Assembly (NCBI GenBank): GCA_034722055.1
Contig: JAYENL010000022.1
Coordinates: 1-13,545 of the forward strand
From: Armatimonadota bacterium
GTDB taxonomy: Bacteria; Armatimonadota; Zipacnadia; Zipacnadales; UBA5352
Direction: 5' to 3'
Length of the DNA stretch: 13,545 nucleotides
Shown here: one piece after another, positions 8,926-13,545 of the stretch
How the letters are laid out: the number at the start of each line of letters is the position of its first letter
How positions within the stretch are numbered: the first letter of the stretch is position 1
Position numbers and translations under genes: made by a program
Notes under the pieces: generated by a model
The model's database searches: none
What the model was told of the DNA's origin: nothing
The model's input: only the letters and a program-made list of their open reading frames with translations

Positions 8926-8978
8926 TGGCTGGTAGCTGATAGCTGATTGCTGATTGCTGATTGCTGGCGGCTGATTGC
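8926..8978. repeat. Heptamer tandem repeat (consensus TWGCTGA), about 7.5 units
   Basis: TGGCTGG TAGCTGA TAGCTGA TTGCTGA TTGCTGA TTGCTGG CGGCTGA TTGC read directly; it lies 5 nt past the stop codon of the 8984-10288 gene. Confidence 0.9.
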
Positions 8979-8983
8979 CCCGC

Positions 8984-10288
8984 TCACCACGGCAGGTCGT
9001 TGAGGCCCGAGCTCTCCTGGAGCTCGCCTGCGACCCACCAGCCGCGCTGCAGGTGGTAGTCCTCGTTCGCGAACATCATGGGCGCCGCCTGCGCCGCCAC
9101 GACGCGCACTCGCCATCCGCTGACAGTGACCGTGATCTCGCCCTCGGTGGCGCGTCCCGGCACCGCCCAGGACCCGAACCGCCCCGCCGCCACCGCCGGC
9201 ATCTCGCGCGCCTCGCCGACCCCCGCATCCACGAAGCAGCCGGCGATGTCCTCACCCGGGTCCCCGACGAGCAGGCTCACCAGGTAGACGCCGTTGCGCT
9301 CCACGGGGATCCGCAGGACCAGCTCGCCCTCGCCGACGACGCCCTCCACCCGCTCCGGGCGCATCCAGCCCAGACGTGGGTCGCTGGTGACCTCCGCGCC
9401 TGCGGGCCGGGAGGAGACGTAGCCCTCCAGCTCCCCGCCGAAGTTGATGCGGGCGGTCGGCGCGTAAGGCTGCGTCCAGCGGGTGTTGACCGGGGGGTGC
9501 ACCTCGGCCACCGGCGCCTCGCGCGCGGGCGTGACCACCAGCTTGAACTCGTGGAGGCCGCCGCGCCGGATCTTGCCGTCCGCGCTCCACAGCCGCCAGC
9601 CCTCCTCAGAGCGCGCCAGCGCGAAGCGCTCGACCGCCGGGCAGAGTCCCTCGCCGGGACACCACGCGCCCTTGGGGTTGCAGTCCAGGTCCACGGTCCC
9701 CTGCGGCAGGTGCAGGCGCAGGTACTGAAGCTCCCTGATGACGCGAATGCCCTGCTGGCCGAGCGTCCCGGACCATGTGCGACCGCCGCGCTGTGCCTCA
9801 CCGCGCGGGCTGCCGATGCACTCAAAGCGCGCGCCATCGAGCAGCTCCAGCGGCAGCACCACCCCGCATGAGGTCACGCCGACGACGTCCGGCTCCAGCA
9901 GCCGCAGATGCGTGATCTCGAGTCCGTCCGGCCGCACCGCGACCTCCTGGCGCATCTTCGACCCCGGAGCGGTCGCCCGGCGGCGGTGAACCTGGTCCCA
10001 GCCCTCCACCTCCACCTGCCGTGTCTGCACCTCTCCCGGCGGCGGCTTCATGTACCAGCCCTCGATCAGCGTCGCCCCGCGGAAGTTCACGTGCAGCGGC
10101 TGCACGGACTCCAACGCCACCTGCGCGGTCGCACCGGTGGCGAGGAGCAGGATGGCAAGCGCACTCAGGGGCATTCCAGCAGCCGCCCTGGACGGGCCAC
10201 CCGGCGTGGGGGACTGCCGGCTGCCCGAGCAGCGCCCAGGCAGCGGGTCACGCCCCAACCTGCTGTCTCTCGTCCCCTGTTCACTCAT
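8984..10288 (-). CDS. Secreted hypothetical protein with C-terminal galactose-binding-like beta-sandwich
   Basis: 434-aa ORF; ATG overlaps the upstream stop (ATGAGTGA, 10288-10281); signal-peptide h-region LSALAILLLATGATA-QV (alternative start ATG 10174, no good SD); ARINFGG...LGW...LRIPVERNGVYLVSLLVGD resembles the galactose-binding-like module of YxiM esterase/beta-agarase-type proteins. Confidence 0.7.
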   Translation of the reverse strand: MSEQGTRDSRLGRDPLPGRCSGSRQSPTPGGPSRAAAGMPLSALAILLLATGATAQVALESVQPLHVNFRGATLIEGWYMKPPPGEVQTRQVEVEGWDQVHRRRATAPGSKMRQEVAVRPDGLEITHLRLLEPDVVGVTSCGVVLPLELLDGARFECIGSPRGEAQRGGRTWSGTLGQQGIRVIRELQYLRLHLPQGTVDLDCNPKGAWCPGEGLCPAVERFALARSEEGWRLWSADGKIRRGGLHEFKLVVTPAREAPVAEVHPPVNTRWTQPYAPTARINFGGELEGYVSSRPAGAEVTSDPRLGWMRPERVEGVVGEGELVLRIPVERNGVYLVSLLVGDPGEDIAGCFVDAGVGEAREMPAVAAGRFGSWAVPGRATEGEITVTVSGWRVRVVAAQAAPMMFANEDYHLQRGWWVAGELQESSGLNDLPW

Positions 10289-12410
10289 ACGCCCAGATCA
10301 CCCCGTAGCTGAGGAAGCTGTCGGCAGGGATGGTCACGAGGCTGGCGCTATCCTCCGCCTCCAGGTGAAGGTGCACCGGCTCGTCAAGCTCCGGCGAGGC
10401 CAGCAGCGCCTCGGAAACGCCCCCGGGCAGGCGCGTCACCAGCTCCGGCAGGGGCGGCATTGGTGGCGGCCTCTCGTGATCGAACTCGACCGGATGGCCC
10501 TCCTGGTAGTCTCGCCCCGTGCAGTTGAGCAGATGCACGCACCGCGCCGATCGCCCGTCACGCTCGGTGCCGTAGACCCATGCGAGAAGCCCGCGCGGAG
10601 CCTCGAGCACCAGTGGCCCGCCGGCGGGGCCGCGGGACGATGGCGCGCCGATCCCAAAGCCCGGCTCGGTGCCCAGCGCGAGGGAGGCGATCGATGCCAT
10701 GGTGTCGAGCATGTGCGGCTGCTCCGGCGGCGTGTAGTCCCCGCCTTGCGCGTACCTCGAGGGCAGTTGGCGCTCCTCGTACGCAAGCGCCCCGACCTTG
10801 GCGGCCCAGTACCAGACCTGGCCCTCGCCGACGTCGCGCCGCGTCAGCACGGGGGGACTCGCACGGTCGTTCTCCTTCGCGCGGATGATGATGGCGGTGC
10901 CATCTTCGGCGCGGATATGCCTGATGGGCATGTCGCGGAAGGCCGGATCCACGTGCTCGGGCGCGATAGGCTCCTCGAGCAGCGTCACGCCCGCCTCGGC
11001 CAACAGCGGGCGTTGCGAAGGCGTGCCGCCGGTGCTCAGCGTGCCGGCCTCGTAGGTGAGCAGGAGGAGTCCGCCGGCGCGCACGTAGTGCATCAGCGCC
11101 TGCTTCTGCTCGGGTGAGACCGCGGTCACGTTCGGCAGGACGACCAGCGTGTAGCGATCCAGGGCCTTCGGCTCGGTCATCTCGCTCTCGATGATGACCC
11201 GCGTTGCGAAGGGGCGTAACAGCAGCGCCTGCAGCCAGCCCTCGAACTCGCGGTGGTAGTAGTCGAAGTCGTACTGCAGGTCCCGCGTGGAGCCGGAGAG
11301 CACGATGCCGATGTCGGCGTCAAGCGTGGCACTGGCGTCATCCATTTGCCATGGCCACTGCAGCAGGCCCTCCGGGCGCGGCTCCTGGTTGTCGGGGCGC
11401 AGCGACCACCACAGCGAGTGTCCGCACGTGCGCCCGAAGGCCCAGCAGAAGTAGGCGCTGGGGATGGTGATATCGAACTTCGCCCACGCCGCCTTCCCCG
11501 TCGCCTCCGCCAGGGCCCGGCGCTGGGCCAGCAGCCCGGCGATGTAGGGGTAGCTGTCGAAGGGCACGGGGTTAAGCTCGGTGCCGATGGTGTCCACGGT
11601 CTCTGCGCGCGAGGCGTAGTCGCCGCCGCGATTCCACACGTAGGGCGTGGACTGCGGCGCCGTCGTGTAGGTGAACATGGCCACGTCGGGCCTGATCGCG
11701 CGCAGCCCATCCCGCACCATCCGCCGGAAGTCGTTGAGGCACCCGCCTCGCCAGTGCATCCACTCCCGGTACTGGGGGTCGGCGAGCGCCCTGTCGAAGA
11801 AGCCCGGCTCCTGCACCGGCGGGTATGCCCGGCCCTTCTCCTGGCGCCACCTCGCCCGGCACCATCGGCAGCCGCAGAAGCCGCGGCCCAGCCAGGCGAT
11901 TTCGTCCATCTGCCAGGCGTCGATGTCAGTCTCGCGCTGGAAGCGCCGGCAGTAGTCGAGGTAGAAGTCTCGGAACTCGGGGTTGTTGAAGCAGAAGATG
12001 CGGTGGCGAGTCATCATGTCGGCGGCGTGAAGCTGCAGCCAGTCGAGATGCTGCCAGGCCAGCGGGTAGGCGTCGTAGTAGACGATGGTGAGGTCCAGGT
12101 GCTCGATGACCTTCAGGCCGTGCCTGTGGCAGGCCTCCACGATCCTCCGCGTGATGTGCCGCACGTCCTCGTCGCGGTCGAGGTAGTTCAGCCGGAAGTG
12201 GTAGCCACTGAGGATGACCGCCCGGTAGCCCGCGGCTGTAATGGCCGCAGCGCGCTGCTCGCACTCCTGCGTGGTATTGGTGTAGTAGCGGTCGGCGTCA
12301 TTGCTGCCCGCCCACTGCGTGAAGGCCATGTTGTAGGTCCATTCGGCTGCCCCCGCCGACGCCGCCAGCAGCGTGCCCAGCACCAGGACGACTGCGCTGC
12401 ATCTCCTCAT
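10281..12410 (-). CDS. Secreted GH42/GHL6-like glycoside hydrolase (TIM barrel + beta-galactosidase trimerization / GATase1-like domain), 709 aa
   Basis: Likely start ATG 12410 (MRRCSAVVLVLGTLLAASAGA-AE signal peptide) with GAGGAGG SD 8 nt upstream; IVEACHRHGLKVIEH; FCFNNPEFRDFY; IDAWQMDE; Cys cluster FCGCRWCR; LRAIRPD; trimerization domain LDRYTLVVLPNVTAVSPEQKQALMHYVRAGGLLL...GEGQVWYW; C-terminal CVHLLNCTG. Confidence 0.8.
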   Translation of the reverse strand: MRRCSAVVLVLGTLLAASAGAAEWTYNMAFTQWAGSNDADRYYTNTTQECEQRAAAITAAGYRAVILSGYHFRLNYLDRDEDVRHITRRIVEACHRHGLKVIEHLDLTIVYYDAYPLAWQHLDWLQLHAADMMTRHRIFCFNNPEFRDFYLDYCRRFQRETDIDAWQMDEIAWLGRGFCGCRWCRARWRQEKGRAYPPVQEPGFFDRALADPQYREWMHWRGGCLNDFRRMVRDGLRAIRPDVAMFTYTTAPQSTPYVWNRGGDYASRAETVDTIGTELNPVPFDSYPYIAGLLAQRRALAEATGKAAWAKFDITIPSAYFCWAFGRTCGHSLWWSLRPDNQEPRPEGLLQWPWQMDDASATLDADIGIVLSGSTRDLQYDFDYYHREFEGWLQALLLRPFATRVIIESEMTEPKALDRYTLVVLPNVTAVSPEQKQALMHYVRAGGLLLLTYEAGTLSTGGTPSQRPLLAEAGVTLLEEPIAPEHVDPAFRDMPIRHIRAEDGTAIIIRAKENDRASPPVLTRRDVGEGQVWYWAAKVGALAYEERQLPSRYAQGGDYTPPEQPHMLDTMASIASLALGTEPGFGIGAPSSRGPAGGPLVLEAPRGLLAWVYGTERDGRSARCVHLLNCTGRDYQEGHPVEFDHERPPPMPPLPELVTRLPGGVSEALLASPELDEPVHLHLEAEDSASLVTIPADSFLSYGVIWAYE

Positions 12411-12418
12411 GGTGCGCG

Positions 12419-12562
12419 CCTCCTCGACCGTTCGCCGCGCGTCGAGGTTCGGCCCCGCAGCCAGCGGAACCTTCCATCGCTCACCGCTGTGATGCCCGGC
12501 GACCCAGGGGATCGTGCTGGGATGGTCCTCGACGCGCACGTGGACCGCAAGCACGTGCGAGG
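12419..12562 (-). promoter_or_regulatory. Candidate structured cis-regulatory leader RNA with SD-sequestering alternative fold
   Basis: Perfect 11-bp inverted repeat 12437-12447/12527-12537 enclosing four nested stems, with G-U pairs valid only on the minus strand; competing 7-bp helix 12422-12428/12441-12447 covers part of the SD (12419-12425). Folded by eye only. Confidence 0.4.
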
Positions 12563-12854
12563 TGATGTCCGTCTCGTTGAACCCCATCGATGGCTGGAGC
12601 ACACAACGACTCTTGCCGACCGCAGCGCCATGCGAGCGCGTGGCCTGACGTTGGCCCACGGCAGCGGCGACGGCCGCGGCATTGTGGTCAGCATGCGCAA
12701 AGGTGCCCTGACCCAAGGCGAGAAGTCCACCTCGAAGGTAGGTTGTACCGCACGGCGCTGAAGCATGACTGACGGAGCCGGCGCCGCTGCGCGGGCGGGG
12801 CTTCGTGGGCCACCTGCCGCGGCGAGTCACTGAGCCGTGAAGGGAGGAGCGAGT

Positions 12855-13545
12855 ATGAGGCTGCCGGTCGTTCTTGCGACGGTGCTGGCGGCCATGGCGT
12901 GGCCGGCTGCCGGCGCGCTGGTCTACCAGGCCGACTTCGAGGATGGCGATGTGTCCGGCTGGGCGGCGCAGGAGGGCCGCCAGCACGAGACCGTCTCGGT
13001 GGTCGGCGCCGACGGCGGCGTCCAGCCCTTCGAGGGCGACCGCTGCCTGGAGCTGCGCGGCACGCACATGTGGAATACCGCGGAACTGACGCTGGACGAG
13101 CCGGTCACGCTCGACGAGCCCGTGTGGCTGTGGTGTGCCTGGCGCGGCGAGGGGCCGGTGGGGCAGATGGGGCTGCAACTGCTCGTCGAGGGTCAGCCGC
13201 GGTCGGTCTACTCCAAGACCGGCCTGGTCGGGCGGCTGTCGGTCGGGGCCTGGGACTGGCTGGTGGCGCGGCTGGATCGGTTCGACCCCGCGGTGGCCGG
13301 TGGGACGCTGAACGGACTGCGCATCGTGGCGCGCTGCGAGGTGGGCGCGGAGCTCCCGGAGGGCCGGGCGCCGGAGCACGCCGTGTACGTGGACGAGGTG
13401 CATGTCGCCACCGGAGACGATGCCGATGAGGCCGCGCGCATCGCCGGCGAGCAGGGCCTGCCGCGGGAGTACGGCGGCCCGCAGCGGTTCACGATCGCGC
13501 GACAGGACGAGGTCACCGTCTGGCACACGCCGTCGCTGGCGCCGG
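12855..13545 (+). CDS. Secreted protein with N-terminal carbohydrate-binding-module-like (CBM4/9-like) beta-sandwich, 3'-truncated; possibly followed by a GH123-like region
   Basis: Not in the ORF track because it has no stop in the window. GGGAGGAG SD at 12842-12849, ATG 12855; manual translation MRLPVVLATVLAAMAWPAAGA-LVYQADFEDGDVSGW...PFEGDRCLELRG...VGAWDWLVARL...AVYVDEVHV...EVTVWHTPSLAP; open to the window end with strong G/C third-position bias. Confidence 0.8.
   Translation, partial: MRLPVVLATVLAAMAWPAAGALVYQADFEDGDVSGWAAQEGRQHETVSVVGADGGVQPFEGDRCLELRGTHMWNTAELTLDEPVTLDEPVWLWCAWRGEGPVGQMGLQLLVEGQPRSVYSKTGLVGRLSVGAWDWLVARLDRFDPAVAGGTLNGLRIVARCEVGAELPEGRAPEHAVYVDEVHVATGDDADEAARIAGEQGLPREYGGPQRFTIARQDEVTVWHTPSLAP

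Noticed and set aside
8885..8978. Repeats as a CRISPR array
   Set aside because: Units are 7 and 18 nt, contiguous, without unique spacers, and no cas genes are present.
8802..9116. 104-aa minus ORF containing AISRQQSAISNQLSA
   Set aside because: It overlaps the 434-aa gene out of frame and the peptide is just the translated heptamer repeat.
931..12761. Many long overlapping or antisense ORFs (e.g. 931-2082, 3244-4194, 6166-7242, 7823-8935, 10050-11117, 11253-12761)
   Set aside because: Shadow ORFs of real genes in stop-poor GC-rich DNA, with no recognisable domains.
12407..12766. 119-aa minus ORF whose TGA overlaps the GH42-like ATG (possible leader peptide)
   Set aside because: No SD, Arg/Ser/Pro-rich composition typical of spurious GC-rich ORFs, and ATG-AGG creates the ATGA overlap by chance.
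12766..12829. Plus-strand stems ACGGAGCC/GGCTTCGT and TGACT/AGTCA upstream of the 12855 gene
   Set aside because: Short stems are expected at this GC content, they do not overlap the SD, and they match no known motif.
12411..13526. 372-aa N-terminal extension of the 1081-aa minus-strand ORF
   Set aside because: Mostly the antisense shadow of the + strand gene at 12855 plus intergenic DNA; the SD and signal peptide point to ATG 12410.

Overview
GC-rich bacterial window with six complete genes and one 3'-truncated gene. + strand: a fused YdiF/Pct-type acyl-CoA transferase (115-1665) and a 1231-aa secreted protein with the architecture PQQ-like beta-propeller / SAM-methyltransferase-like fold / second propeller with a Cys cluster / malectin-like domain (1792-5487). 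- strand: a secreted GH42/GHL6-like TIM-barrel hydrolase (10281-12410), a translationally coupled secreted hypothetical protein (8984-10288), a cytoplasmic GHL10-like protein (7064-8767) and a metal-dependent amidohydrolase (5650-6756). A divergent secreted CBM-like protein starts at 12855 and runs off the end; it is absent from the ORF track. Intergenic DNA carries two REP-like hairpins, a heptamer tandem repeat and a sigma70-like promoter. The most notable signal is a nested, roughly 100-nt predicted RNA structure in the leader of the GH42-like gene, with mutually exclusive pairings that cover the Shine-Dalgarno sequence (candidate cis-regulatory RNA switch). Gene content and repeat style suggest an Armatimonadota or PVC-type glycan degrader (inference only). 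No rRNA, tRNA, CRISPR array or transposase was seen.
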